A DNA stretch of 64,000 nucleotides from Eledone cirrhosa (GCA_964016885.1 OZ024742.1:340070001-340134000); one strand, 5' to 3'; shown: positions 29,897 through 44,508, counted from the first letter of the stretch. Notes: a model not told the origin generated them from the letters alone. Program-made: numbers and translations.

Positions 29897-30453
29897 TCTT
29901 TCATATTTTTTCTCATACTTTTTCTTCCTTTTTCCTCTTTCCTCCGTTTCAGCAAAGAATAAAAGACTAATAGATAGTAATAGACTCCCCATTGTTGTTG
30001 TTCTTGTCAATGTTGAAGTTTCTCTTTCCTAAGTTTCTTTCATTTTACAGTGTTTAAATTCTGTTTATGTATTGTCAGTTTATATATATATATATATACA
30101 TATATATATACATACATATATATATATATATATACCTATACCCCACCCCACACACACAGCCTTTTCCTGAACATGTAACCTCGTTCTTCCCCCAACTCTC
30201 ACATTCACATACACACACGCACACACACACGTACACCTACACACATACACCACCGTCAGCCCTCCCCGCTCGGACACCCCTCCTCCCTCTCCCCACTCCA
30301 CCCGCCACCACCTCTACAGGTTCCACACCCTTCCACCACTTGTTTATCTTCATGTTTATTTAAATTTTTTTTTTATTTGTACCCCCTCCCCCTAAATGTC
30401 TCTCCTCCACTCCCCTACACACCCTCGGAACTCTCTTCCCACCCACTTTTCGC

Positions 30454-30481
30454 CTGAAGAAGGCCTTATGCCTGAAACGTC
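30454..30481 (+). ncRNA. Hammerhead core, helix I 3' strand replaced by poly-C
   Basis: CTGAAGA-aggc cttat gcct-GAAACGTC, followed by an AATAAA-bearing tail also present at 9546-9625. Confidence 0.6.
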
Positions 30482-30559
30482 CCCCCCCCCACTCTCAAGA
30501 GCGTGAAGCTAATAAACCTTTGTTCGTACTGCCTCTCTGTTTTGTTCCCGTTCCATTTT

Positions 30560-30594
<35 letters not shown>

Positions 30595-30726
30595 ATACTT
30601 TGGGAGGGTCATGTTGCCAATAAGAAACACACGCACCAGTTGCTTTCACTTCAATTTATTATAAATTAAATTTATAAATTTCCGGTTGGTTGGTTGGTTC
30701 CATAACCGGACGGTTGTTCATATATT

Positions 30727-30769
30727 GTCAAAGTTCTTTCGTCACACATTCTGTGAGCTCTTCAGTGAC
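30727..30769 (-). ncRNA. Hammerhead ribozyme motif (family of 36492)
   Basis: gtca-CTGAAGA-gctcacagaatgtgtgac-GAAAGAACTT-tgac. Confidence 0.7.
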
Positions 30770-31004
30770 TGGGGATTCTTTTCTTTGTTTTTGTGCCTCT
30801 TCTGTCCTACGCCATCTTGTTTTTGTGTGTTGTTATAAATGTCTGTGTGTTTATAAATTCTTAAATTTATAAATTTAATTTATAATAAATTGGAGTGAAA
30901 GCAACTGTGTTTCTTATTGGCAACATGACCCTCCCAAAGTATAACAATATCGGTTTCAACACACGTTTTCAGATAAAGAATTCTGCTAAACAAATTCAGA
31001 AACG

Positions 31005-31080
<76 letters not shown>

Positions 31081-31193
31081 ATAATATATGTATGTAGTAT
31101 ATATATGGTTGAAGAAAACAAACAAAGGGATGCAAAAAGACTGTCTTGGACACCACATACAGTCGCACAAACGCATACCCACACACATTATAT

Positions 31194-31231
<38 letters not shown>

Positions 31232-31240
31232 ATGTGTATG

Positions 31241-31329
<89 letters not shown>

Positions 31330-31414
31330 TGTCTATATTTGTATATATATCTATGTATATATAAACATGAACCACATCTGTTGTAATATATAGCAATAAT
31401 ACATTATATTTCAG

Positions 31415-31489
31415 ACACTTTCCAAGAGCAAGTGAAACAGGATAAAAAACATCGTGAAGATATGCAACAACAAATTCATCTTGTACAAG
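31415..31489 (+). CDS. SKOR: SKOR1/2-like exon (75 bp): [25 protein letters not shown](E)
   Basis: tttcag|ACACT...GTACAAG|gtgagt, phase 1-1; matches SKOR DNFQDQMKRELAYREEMVQQLQIV. Confidence 0.92.
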
Positions 31490-31650
31490 GTGAGTTTCAA
31501 ATTTAGCACACACCCAGCGCCGAATTAAACTTGCAGGTCGCTTACAATTAGTGCAATTTAGGACTTAAATTAGGTGTGATCATCTTGTTGATGAGTTTGA
31601 GCATAATATTTGTCAGAGCTAGCAGACAATTCATTCTCAAATCACATCAT

Positions 31651-31797
31651 CATCTTCTTCTTCTTCTTCTTCTTCTTCTTCTTCTTCTTCTTCTTCTTCT
31701 TCTTCTTCTTCTTCTTCTTCTTCTTCTTCTTCTTCTTCTTCTTCTTCTTCTTCTTCTTCTTCTTCTTCTTCTTCTTCTTCTTCTTCTTCTTCTTCTT
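31651..31797. repeat. (TTC)n microsatellite
   Basis: Direct inspection; a (GAA)n tract also lies at 52315-52526. Confidence 0.95.
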
Positions 31798-32156
31798 TTT
31801 TGATCCGACTGGATCCCCTGATGGCACTTATTTTCTTCATTTGGATTCTTACACTTTCTAAAAGAATTCATATATATATTATATTTATAAAAATAGAGGT
31901 GTGACACACGAGTTGTGATATATTAGTAAAAAGGAAAATAAAAATGCTGACCAATTTTTCCCAGCGAAAAATATTTTAATTAGCAATAAGTATAAATTAG
32001 GAATAAGTAATAAGTCCGTTTTCGTTTTATGTTTTCTTATGCTTTTCAAAAATAGTTTTGAGATAGAGTGCTCGTAATTTTTGCTCTAATCTGTATATAT
32101 ATATATATATATATATGAAAAGAGAAGTAAGGTTCTACACAAAACAATGGTTATAG

Positions 32157-32528
32157 AGAGAAGGTGAAATTTGAAATAGCACGGAAAAAATATATTTAAG
32201 GTCTGTTTATCTTTTTTTTCTTTCTTTTTTTAAGTGCCATTATTGAAAAAATGAGAGGGATAATTCTTTAAAAAAATAGTTTTATAATATATATAAAGTA
32301 TATAAAGTATAACCGGTTTCGATGTGTTAGTAAATTTTTTACTAACACATCGAAACCGGTTATACTTTATATATATTATAAAACTCTTTTTTTAAAAGAA
32401 TTGTCCCTCTCATTTTTTCAATAATGTCATCTTTACAATAATGCAACTTCGACAAAAAAAGAGAGGAAAAAGAGATAAACAGACCCTTAAATATATTTTC
32501 CGTGCTATTTCCAATTTCACCTTCTCTC
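32157..32528. repeat. Inverted repeat centred on a hairpin just 5' of GAAACCGGTT; single-arm relative at ~11905-12155
   Basis: aaccggtttcgatgtgttagtaaa-tt-tttactaacacatcgaaaccggtt. Confidence 0.85.
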
Positions 32529-32914
32529 TCTCTCTCTCTCCCTCTGTCTCTCTCTCGTTCTCTCTGTAAATATATATATATATATTTAAAGTTTCCCCTA
32601 AAAAATAATTTTTTCCTTTTGGCTTGTTTTCGTTCGTTGTCTTGTTCTCTCTTTGTTGTTTTTCCAACGTCTACACACGCACACACATACACACACAAAC
32701 ACACACACACACATATATATACACAATTGTGTTGTTTATCTTAGTTGTTATGTAGTAACTTCTTGATGATAGGCAGGTCCTACATACATACACACACAGA
32801 CACATATATATATATATACATATATATTTATATATATATAATATATATAATAATCTAATAAAAGATAAAATAAGTTGTCTACTCAACTTGTCTGAGATTA
32901 TATATATATATATT

Positions 32915-32973
<59 letters not shown>

Positions 32974-33403
32974 ACATATGTATGTGTGTATATATATACT
33001 AATCAGTTAGACAAAGATCCGTCCATACAGAGTACACATTCAAATTGCATTAATGATATTGCTTTAAAAATCGATTAATGTTTCCAATTGAGGTTCACCA
33101 GAAAGAAGATGTAATGGCGAAGACAAGTGACGAAAATACTGCAGTCATGTGACTGGAAATCATCCAATCAGCAAATAAAGATGTTGTTAAGTGCATCTTA
33201 GCATCTTATCGGACCACAGGGAGCTTTGAATTGTATCTAAAACTTTGGAAAGCAGTTTAATCGAATTTCTTCTTTTTATTACCAAATAAATACACACGCA
33301 CATTCATACATACATACATATATCGATACATACATACATACATACATACATACAAGCATGTATACGTACATATATACATACGTACATTCATTCAAACATA
33401 TAT

Positions 33404-33494
<91 letters not shown>

Positions 33495-35067
33495 CGTAAT
33501 ATATATGTATGTATATAATATAAACGCATATTTAATTTTACATATACTCTCTAGCATACGCGCTCCGATACATTCGTGCGCCGTATACGATATACACCCT
33601 CACACACACACACACACAACACACACACACACCACATATATATATATATATATATAGATGAATATATTTATACACATATTATTCACTCACATACAAAAAC
33701 ACATGCACTCGCATAATTTCACACTCATACAGATACACATACACTCTCATAAACACACACACATACAGATACACACACACACTCGCATAATCTCACGCAC
33801 ACACTGTCACCTATAATATCAACACAGATGCACACCTCCCGGACACAACAGTCAAGCTCCTCTGTAGCAATCTATTTATATTCCTCTCAACACATCTGGC
33901 TATCAATCTATCTATTAAAACATGTGACAGTATCGAAGTGAATATAAGAACCATTGTGAGAGTAATAAATGGTCTAATGATTGAACGGTGTTGTGTATGT
34001 GATGTCTAGCAAATGTTCACTCCTTCTTTAATTCGTTCGTAAAGTATTTGGCACAAGTTAACCTCCCTCTTGTGATTTGCTAAGAAACAACCCCAGAAGA
34101 GTCGTCATATATAAACTATCACCATCATCACCATCATCACCATCATCTTCGTCGCCGCCGTTGTCGTCGCCTTCGTCGCTGTCGTCGCCATAGTTTATAT
34201 TATCGCCACCTTCGCCATCATCATCTCCAGACATCGTCTGCTCTCAGTACTGTTCAACAACATAGATCACCCTCTCAGTCTATTTTGTATTTTATGTCTT
34301 ATTCATCATCATCATCATCATTCTCATCATTAACAACAATAACAACAACATATAACTAAGCTGTTGTTAATATAATTAATGCAATGGGAATCAAATCTAT
34401 AATTAGTTCTGCGGTGACAATCGTTAAAAAGTTAGATAAAATGCCTTACAGTCTTTATTCTGGCACTTGAAGACCGAGGTGATAAGTTTATCTTTCAAAT
34501 TTTTGGGGTCAACACAATGGATGTGATGCGGTGGATTAACTGAATCATTAGAACGTCGGATTGAAGGGCTTGTGATATTCATTCCGACTCATTAGGCTCC
34601 GAGTTCAAATCCCGTCGAGGTAACTTTGCCTTTCATCTTTTCGATGTCGTTAAAAAAATATCAGTCCATTACTGCGGTCGATTCTTCTTCTATGTTCCTT
34701 TCTCACTTTCTCTCTATCACATTATCCCTCATAAAAATCATTTATGGCCACTGCCCTTCCAATTCTGTATAAATGAAACAAATAATGTATTTTACCATGT
34801 AAAAAGAAAGCGAGATTTTCCTGTTGCATGTTTCTTTAAATTAGAATATTACGGTTCTGGATTAAATACTAATGTAAAAATATGTCCACGCCATCGCCAT
34901 TGTAGACATACAGGGTCAGCATAAAGTCTTTGAAACCACAAAACACACTGAGCTTTGTATTTCAAAGATGCCATTTTGTTTCTGAAAATTACAACTTCCT
35001 GTAGAATAAAAAATGTAAAACATATTCAGAAAAAATTTAAACTTGAAATTTAAACAATGAAAATGTA

Positions 35068-35275
35068 AAATAATAATAATAATAATAATGAAATTATTGT
35101 GTACAGTGCTCAGGTGCACTACAACTAATCAAATGTGCATGTATAATACATAGAATAAAATACAAATGTCACGGAAGTGAATAGAGTATGAGTCATGATA
35201 TACATGCGTGCGTGTGTATAGAGGGAGAATAGTAGGTGTAGTGTTGGCGAATATGAGGAAGCATGGAGGTTTAGT
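35068..35275 (-). mobile_element. Probable CR1 3' UTR remnant with (ATT)n tail
   Basis: Reverse complement contains ttcctcatattcgccaacactacacctac, similar to 26845-26875. Confidence 0.45.
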
Positions 35276-35404
35276 ATCCGAGATATGGTATTTTATAAGA
35301 AGGGAAAGACTTTATCTATGTCTGTAGTATCTTATCATTTCAATACATTAACTAATGACTTAATTCTGTATTTTTCTTTTCTCTCAATTATTGTTCCATC
35401 ACAG

Positions 35405-35470
35405 AAAGTTTAACCAATGAGCTGGACCAGGAGAGGAAAGCACGGTTAACACTACAGGAGAAACTTAAAG
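35405..35470 (+). CDS. SKOR: SKOR1/2-like exon (66 bp): ESLTNELDQERKARLTLQEKLK(E)
   Basis: tcacag|AAAGT...CTTAAAG|gtgaga, phase 1-1; NELDQERKAR is a SKOR signature. Confidence 0.95.
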
Positions 35471-35537
35471 GTGAGATGAAATTTTATGTGTATGTGTGTG
35501 CGTGTAGTATTATATATATATATATATGTGACTAAGA

Positions 35538-35724
35538 GTGGTGGATTGGCAGTATCTGTAGAGGGTCGGACGCTATGATTCGCAGCATAGAGTTACGGAC
35601 CTTTATGATCTGAGTTAAAATCCCGCCGAGGTTAAGTTTGCTTTTCATCCTTACGGGGTCAATAAAATAAAGTACCAGTAATGCACTGGTATAATTGCTG
35701 GGCTTGTATCAAAAGTAGAAATAA
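35538..35724 (+). mobile_element. SINE S1 copy, ~70 bp downstream of a SKOR exon
   Basis: S1 consensus match. Confidence 0.85.
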
Positions 35725-36190
35725 TATATATGGGTATGTGTATATATATATATATACATATATGTATATATATATATGAATTTATATCTCTCTCGTCTAC
35801 GATTTCACAGAACTTATGTTTACCGAATTCGCAGACTAGACCCCTTCTTCCTCCCGTTAGACCTGTGCGAAATTCCTTCCTTGCTCACATTTTAACCAGG
35901 TTTGATGGTCTTTATTCTCTCGTTCACGATTTCACCGAACTTAAATTCATAGAAATCTGGGACTTGTCTCCTTCTTCCTCACTTTCTGTTGCCTCACCAT
36001 TTTGTTTGTTTACCCTCGTGTCCCCTTTATTTACGTGTCCCAACGACTTTTTTTAGCCGTTGCTCGCACCAACCGGAGGTATATGGTCATTAAAGCGATG
36101 AAATGCCTATGATAGTTGGAAGATCACTGATGAAGGACAAACTTTTTTCATATGTAACCCATTTGCAACTCCGCAGCGCCCTTATTATCA

Positions 36191-36245
<55 letters not shown>

Positions 36246-36289
36246 TATATATAATATATATATATATACATATATGTATATATATATGA

Positions 36290-36339
<50 letters not shown>

Positions 36340-36345
<6 letters not shown>

Positions 36346-36841
36346 ATACTTTGGGAGGGTCATGTTGCCAATAAGAAACACACGCACCAGTTGCTTTCAC
36401 TTCAATTTATTATAATAAATATATAAATTTAGGAATTTATAAATTTCCGGTTGGTTGGTTGGTTCCACAACCAGATGGTTGTTTATATATTGTCAAAGTT
36501 CTTTCGTCACACATTCTGTGACCTCTTCAGTGACTGGGGATTCTTTTCTTTGTTTGTGTGCCTGTCCTTTGTTCTGGGACACACAAAAACAAGATGGGAT
36601 AGGACAGAACAAAGGAGAGGCACAAAAACAAAGAAAATAATCCCCAGTCACCGAAGAGGTCACAGAATGTGTGACGAAAGAACTTTGACAATATATAAAC
36701 AACCATCTGGTTGTGGAACCAACCAACCAACCGGAAATTTATAAATTCCTAAATTTATAAATTTATTATAATAAATTGAAGTGAAAGTAACTGGTGCATG
36801 TGTTTCTTATTGGCAACATGACCCTCCCAAAGTATAACAAT
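36340..36841. repeat. Inverted repeat, ~235-bp arms, one HHR per arm; related IR at 30590-30947
   Basis: ttgttatactttgggagggtcatg ... catgaccctcccaaagtataacaa. Confidence 0.9.
36492..36534 (-). ncRNA. Hammerhead ribozyme motif (mirror copy with CCGAAGA at 36647-36689 +)
   Basis: gtca-CTGAAGA-ggtcac agaatgt gtgac-GAAAG aa CTT-tgac. Confidence 0.8.
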
Positions 36842-36897
36842 ATCGGTTTCAACACACGTTTTCAGATAAAGAATCTTGCTAAACAAATTCAGAAACG

Positions 36898-36963
<66 letters not shown>

Positions 36964-37870
36964 GTGTGTGTGACCCGTCTATTTCGTTCTTACTGCTTCC
37001 TCTTTCTCTGTATCTTTACCCTCTCTAACAGTCACTCTCTCTCGTCTACGATTTCACAGAACTTATGTTTACCGAATTCAGGGACTGGACTCCTTCTACC
37101 TCCCGTTTGACCTGTGCGGAATTCCTTCCTTGCTCACATTTCGACTAGGTTTGATGGTCTTTATTCTCTCTCGTTCACGATTTCACCGAACTTATATTCA
37201 TGGAAATCTGGGACTTGACTTTTCTTCCTCACTTTTCGTTGATTTACCATCTTTGTTTGTTTACACTCTCGTTCGTTCCCCTTATTTACGTGTCCCAACG
37301 ACTTTCTTTAGCCGTTGCTCGCACCAACCGGAGGTATATGGCCTTAAAGCGATGAAATACCAATGATGGTTGGAAGATCACTGATGAAGGACTAACTTTA
37401 TTCATATATATATATATATATGTAAAAGGTAAACAAAAATAACAACACAATCGGTACAGTATATGGAAGGGATATATTAGGTGAACGCTTGATATAGCAG
37501 GAAGAGGGTCTTAACATTTCGGATGCTAGTCCTCCATCAGAAGAAAGAATGAGAAATAAGATAGATTGAGGGGATGGGCGGGTTGGAATTGGAAAAATGT
37601 CTTTAGATAAAAATAACAGATCCATTCATGTTGACATCTCTTGCAAAACTGTTGGTGCTGGCGTTTTGTGTATGATTTATTTTTTAATATATATATATAT
37701 ATATAATATATAATATATATATAATATATATATAATATATATATAATATATATATAATATATTCAGAAGATCCCGTTAAGTGTGAAAGCAGCGATTCTTT
37801 GCTTAAACTTTAATCTGTTATTTTAATAAATATATATAATATATATATATATTATATATGCAATATATAT

Positions 37871-38162
37871 TATTGTTTCTACTTTAGGCACAAGGCCAGC
37901 AATTACCCAGTGCATTACTGGTACTTTATTTTATCGACCCCGTAAGGATGAAAGGCAAAGTAAATATATATATATATATAATATATATAATATATATATA
38001 TATATAATGGTTTCTTATATAGGAACAAGGCCAGCAATTTTGGGGGAGAGGAAAGTCGATTAAATCGACCCTAGTGCGTGACTGGTACTTTATTATACCG
38101 ACCCTGTAAGGATGAAAGACAAAGTTAACCTCGGCGGGATTTGAACTAAGACCGTAAAGGAC
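37871..38162 (-). mobile_element. Two partial S1-related SINE copies
   Basis: tactttattttatcgaccccgtaaggatgaaaggcaaag and a variant at 38008-38162. Confidence 0.7.
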
Positions 38163-38466
38163 CGTATATATAATATATATATATATGTCAGGTCACTCTT
38201 GAGTGCTACTGGTAACATGTAAACCAGTACAACCTGCAGCATGGTCGGCTCGTTGGCGACTAAACTGGCAACCCCACCACGTGTACTTGGTGGGGAGGGT
38301 GATTTTGGACACGCTGCAGGACAAAAAACAAAATCTGACAAAGGGCGGAAGAACTCATAAGAGTCAACGGCCATCCAAAAATGTGTAAATATGTATATAC
38401 ACATGTACATATCTATGTGTATGTATATGCGTGTGTATATGCATGGCATGTACCTCTGTAGAGAGG

Positions 38467-39150
38467 GCTAGCCATGCCCTTTTCAGGACAGCTCGTTTGC
38501 ATTGCGTCCCACCTGACACTCAGCTCTCACCTGTGGCCCCAAGAAGCTGTAGCATTCGACAGCGGCCTCACCCCGGTAAACCGCCTTGGCTGGCGGGCTG
38601 AACCAGGTTGAGGGTAGCCGGAGGGGTCTGAAACCCCCTGGTGAGTTAGATAGGGGATGCCTACCCCTACATTGGAAGACTGGACCCGGCGGAGTGAGTG
38701 GGGGAGGACAACATCGTCCCAACGGTCACAAAGGCGGCGACAGCAAGCGGTGTGGAGCGCTAGGGCACGGCAAGGCATTACAGACGTCGTGGCCATCCAC
38801 TGCAGCCAAGGAAATCCCTGGTCGTGACGGTCCTCCGTACCACCGGATTCTGGCTTCTGCGGCCGAGTGAGTGAGACCGTCACTGTGCACTGGCCCTCCC
38901 ACTATAAACCTTTCCCGCACAGGTTCCTTCTTTAGCGTGCACTCCGAAAGCCCTGCGGCGATGGGCGAGAGGTGAAGGTAACAGGTGGAAGTAACCTCTG
39001 GGAGTTGCCAGTCTGACTCCGGTCTCTTCCCCCTGCCCCCACTGTCCCCGGACCTGCAAGTCAAGAATCGGCCTCCACAGCCGCCATCGAGCCCACGGCA
39101 GACGGGAACAACAATAAAGAAGTTGTCATCATCGTTTACGATGGACAACC
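38467..39150 (-). mobile_element. GC-rich degenerate retroelement fragment, possibly gag/ORF1 with decayed zinc knuckles
   Basis: GC island in AT background; minus strand AVYRGEAAVECYSFLGPQVRAEC followed by a frameshifted CKR..C.EKGH-like motif. Confidence 0.35.
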
Positions 39151-39337
39151 AAGATATATATATATATAGTTGTCTCTATGTGTTTGTATACATATATCTG
39201 TGGGTAACTGTATACATCTCTACCTGTCTGTGCGTATATAAATATCTAAGCTCCCATACAGTTTTCGTCAACCCAATTTCGTAGACTCGAGGTTACTGTA
39301 GAAAGACGTTAAAAAATTATTATTGTTAATATATATA

Positions 39338-39550
39338 AGGGCAGTGGATTGGCAGCATCGGTAGAGCGTCGGACACCATGCAATGCGGCATATAGTTACA
39401 ATCATTTACGTTCCAAATCTCAGCGAGGTTAGCTTTGCCTTTTATCCCTAGGGCATCGATAGAATAAAGTACCAGTAACACACTGGCATCGATTTAATCA
39501 ACTTTCCCATCCCGTCATATAGCGGCGTTGTGCCAACAATTAAGAACAAT
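39338..39550 (+). mobile_element. Diverged S1-related SINE
   Basis: gggcagtggattggcagcatcggtagagcgtcggac...aaagtaccag. Confidence 0.7.
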
Positions 39551-39579
39551 GATTTTAAGTACATACGTGTGTGTGTGAA

Positions 39580-39735
39580 GGGCTTCCGCAGTTTCAATCT
39601 ACCAGTTTCCACGAAGAAGTTATTGGTAAACCTGAAGCTATAGTAGAAGACACTTGCGCAAGGGGCCTCGCAGCAGGATTGATCCCTGAATCACGTGGTT
39701 GCGAAGTGAATTCCTTAATCACACAATCATGCTTC
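39580..39735 (-). mobile_element. Second tRNA-derived SINE family (CORE-like)
   Basis: gctatagtagaagacacttgcgcaagg...caggattgatcc; related remnants at ~39250-39310 and ~54455-54555. Confidence 0.5.
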
Positions 39736-39817
39736 CACCTATAATAAGATATTTTATCCGGACACACTGTCTTCTTCTCGCCATCATATGCTTGACACAC
39801 ACACACACACACACAAC

Positions 39818-39863
<46 letters not shown>

Positions 39864-40228
39864 CATATATGTGTGTGTATATATATACAAGTATATGCCT
39901 ATATATATATGCCTATATATATATGTATATACATATATTGGAAAACAATTAACCAATAACGTTTGGATGATTATATAGTTTATATAGTATTCGATACAAA
40001 ATCAATAGTAATTGATTTATGAATGAGAAACAGTTTAGCTAGCTAAGCAATTTTACGATATATCAATAGCTACATACTAGTCATTGGGTGATTGATTTAT
40101 TGATAAGAATCGATATAGAAACTATAAAATTGAATGTCAATATTTTTCATTAAGTTTTTTTTTGCCTGTTTTTGTTATTGTTTTTTAATCCCAATTTTTT
40201 AATCATTACTTATATTTAGCTGGTATTA

Positions 40229-40735
40229 GGGCGTGGAAGGTCGGGCGCCATGCTTTCCAGCATAGTTACGTCCCTTTACGGTCTGAGTTCAAATCCCGCC
40301 GAGGTTAACTTTGCCTTTCATCCTTACGGGGGCGATAAAATAAAGTACCAGTAATACACTGGGGATTTTGCTGGCCTTGTGCCAAAAGTAGAAACAATTA
40401 TATTATTGTAGTATCGGTAGAAGGTCGGACGCCATGCTTTGTAGCATGAGTTCAACGCCGGCCGAGGTTAACTTAGCCTTTCACCCTTACGGCATCTATA
40501 AAATAAAGTACCAGTAATGTACTGGTATAATTGCTGGCCTTGTGCCAAAAGTAGAAACAAATATATTATTGTAGTGCGGGAAACTGTCGCGGCACTTTAC
40601 ATTTTCAGTTCAAATACCACCGATGTTGGATCCGCATTTTACCCCACATAGGCCGATAAAATACAGTAGCAGTGAAATATTGATGTCGATATAATCGATT
40701 TCTCGTCACTCAAAATTGATGGACTTGTCCCAACA
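40229..40735 (+). mobile_element. Tandem S1 SINE copies (two clear, one old)
   Basis: Core repeated at ~40305 and ~40470; degenerate copy ~40600-40735. Confidence 0.75.
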
Positions 40736-41186
40736 TATATATATATATATATATATTTATTAATATAACAGATTAAAGTTTAAGCAAAGAATCGCTGCTT
40801 TCACCATTAACGCGATCTTCTGAAACTAACAAAGTCAATCTGTAAACGCAGAAGTGGATATTTCAAAAAACGTTGCAACCGGAGGAAGACATGAAGACGA
40901 TACTTTGGTTTGTGGAGACGTTCCCTGGCAGAGAACGGGAAAAAACGAATATTATACGTCATTAATAGGAGTGGATTTTAGTCTTCAAATTTATTATTAT
41001 TACTATATATATATATATATATATACGTTATTCCGGGTTGAATCGGAGGTAACCACAGTAAGTAAGGTACTCAATACATTGCAGAGTATAAAAGTTTTAA
41101 TATAGATGAGATTCTACAGGACTAGAACTGTTTCATTCTTTAGAAATCATCTAAAGAATGAAACAGTTCTAGTCTTGTAGAATCTC

Positions 41187-41360
<174 letters not shown>

Positions 41361-41467
41361 CATTTCGTTTCAATCATTTTCAAAGCCGCCAGAAAAAAGA
41401 GAGAGAGAAACAAAAAAGGAAAAAAAAAATATTTTTCCTCCTAATAATCGTCTCTTTCGCCCTGTTT

Positions 41468-41545
<78 letters not shown>

Positions 41546-41808
41546 ATATATATATGACACACGCCATATATATGCCATAAGTCCAAGTTATGTGGAAGCC
41601 TACATATAATCAACAGATTTATTTGCAGGTGGGCCCTTATAACTCTTCAGTGGAATGCCCAGGCAATATCAATATAAAAATATTACATCGATATTAATAT
41701 TCAGCGATATTCACCGTCAGTGTTCGAAGAACCGCTAACTTTAAAAGTCCAGCAGTCCTTCAATATATATATATATACATATATATATATACACACACAC
41801 ATATATAT

Positions 41809-41991
<183 letters not shown>

Positions 41992-42734
41992 ATATATATA
42001 TGCATAAATACAAGTGTATGTTTGCATATATATATATATATCGGTATTGATTTATCGATATCACACATTTCAGGAATTCCTCGATTTTATTCCCGCTTTA
42101 CAGAAAAGAAGGGGTGGGGCGTGTCGAGAAACGAGATTGAATTAAAAAAAATAATATTTGTGATACGCTTTGAAAGTCAGTCTGTGAGACTCAACAAACG
42201 TTACACACATACATACACACACATACACACACACATACATACACTCACATACACATACACATACACACACATACACACACATACACACACATACACACAC
42301 ACATACATACACACATACACATTCACAAACACTCACAAACACACACAGAAACACACGCACATACAAAACACACACACAGAATACACCCACGCGCACACAC
42401 ACACACACAAACACATATTTTCAATCACCCACATATCACATTCAAAGACAAACAACAACAAGAACAACAACAACAACAATATCTGCAGCAACAGCAACAG
42501 CGACAGAAGCATTAACCACTGCGTCGGTTAATTTGCAACTAAGTATTTATTCCTTATTTAACATGAAATTAATTAATTAATGATTTAATTAATCAATTAA
42601 TTAAGCTATTTAATGGTAATGCAGACCTGTCAACTGTCCCCGTCCGACGGGGAGAACTGCAATAGCCTTTGTGGTGGGTGAGAGATGTCTTCTCTTGTGA
42701 AACTGGGTTTAGCTTTCATTATGTAATGGATTGG

Positions 42735-42858
42735 CCATTCTCAGTTCAAATCCCGCCGAGGTTAACTTTGCCTTTCATCCTTACGGGGTCGATAAAATAA
42801 AGTACCAGTAATACACTGGGTAATTGCTGACCTTGTGCCAAAAAGTAGAAACAATTAT
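42735..42858 (+). mobile_element. SINE S1, 5'-truncated
   Basis: B-box, core and tail. Confidence 0.8.
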
Positions 42859-43587
42859 GTAAAATCTCCCCATTTTGCCTCATTTCTCCCCGTTTTGGAG
42901 CACGTTGTTTCATGGTACCCCCGTTTGGGTTTTCAGAGGTTGGCAGGTTTGGTAAAACGAGGTCTGTTAGTCTCAACGATGATCACACATTTGTTGGACC
43001 AACTGAATTATTTACACAGAAAAATTAACGTGTAAGTGGCTGAGTATCTCCACAGATACGTAAAAAATATATGTAATTTCCCAGATAGAATCATACTGAT
43101 ACCTTGTGACAGGGCTGAACTGATTGAATTAGTGGTACAGTGAATTTTATATTATTGTGTAATTGGCTGAGTATTCCGTAGACTTATGGAAATTTTAATG
43201 TAACACGATCGAACCAGGAGGATTACAGATAGACTCAAAAGAGACAGACAATAGGACATAATACATTATATTATCGACCTCGGGATCATGAAAGGTAAAG
43301 TTGACGTCGACGGGGATTTGTACACTGAGACGACTAGAAGACCGCAAGGGATTCTATCAGACACTCTGTCGACTCTGACTATTTGACACCTTAATTTATT
43401 AAACCAATGACGTCATGTGCACATAAAACAGTTCAAAACCTACACGAAATATATTTTAAACGTTACCCTAACCAACTTCCAGTTAAACATTCGCCAATAA
43501 AAGAAAAGAACTTTAAATATTCTAGAAAGACACACAGACACATAAACACACACATATATATGTATATATAGGTATATACACACATGC

Positions 43588-43685
<98 letters not shown>

Positions 43686-44029
43686 ATATATATATAGAAT
43701 ATATATGTATATATATATGTATGTATATATATATGTATATATATATATGTATGTATATATATATATGTATGTATATATATATATGTATGTATATATATAT
43801 ATGTATGTATATATATATATATAAATACATTGATAGGGTTTTAGATTCTGAAGAGATCTCTCTATTTTTCTATCTATATATCTGGAACCAGCTATTGAAG
43901 CGGCAAGAGCTCAAGCGTCGAGTGTAGACTTTTTATAATATATCCATACACTACTACCCCAAGTATCGAGTACTCTGTTGAGTAATGGTCTAACTAATTT
44001 TAAACTCTCTCTCTCTCTCTCCCTCTCTC

Positions 44030-44067
<38 letters not shown>

Positions 44068-44432
44068 AATATATATATATATATATGTCTTCATCAACAC
44101 TCCTTCACTCCCACACTCGTTAACACCGCACCCACCCCCAAACCCACCCAAATCTCTCTTATATATAGTCACACATCACAACACAACCTGATCTCAGTTT
44201 GACAATCGCCACCGACGAATGCGAGAAAGTTAACAAGGAATCTTTAAAATTATTCCCACCGAAGTTAACAAAGAACTTACAAGATCTACCAACTCATAAT
44301 ATTATAAAATTAAATCAAATTGTTTAGAACTACAAGTGAAGTCATTATTTTCCTTTTTTTCAAATATTTATATATATAAATATATATATATATACTCTTT
44401 AAAAAGAACAAGAGAAATTTTAATTCCGCGAA

Positions 44433-44508
44433 AACACTATACATATTTCAATGGCCCAGCTTCATCGTCCGAATATACTACAAGATGCAGGCGACTTCAT
44501 CAGGTATT
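44433..44508 (-). ncRNA. Hammerhead ribozyme motif
   Basis: aatac-CTGATGA-...-GAA[ATATGTAT]A-gtgtt. Confidence 0.6.

Noticed and set aside
36340-36841. Inverted repeats as DNA-transposon MITEs
   Set aside because: Arm lengths differ between copies of a family, single-arm copies exist, one arm has an asymmetric tail, and arms carry HHRs; PLE-type inversion fits better.
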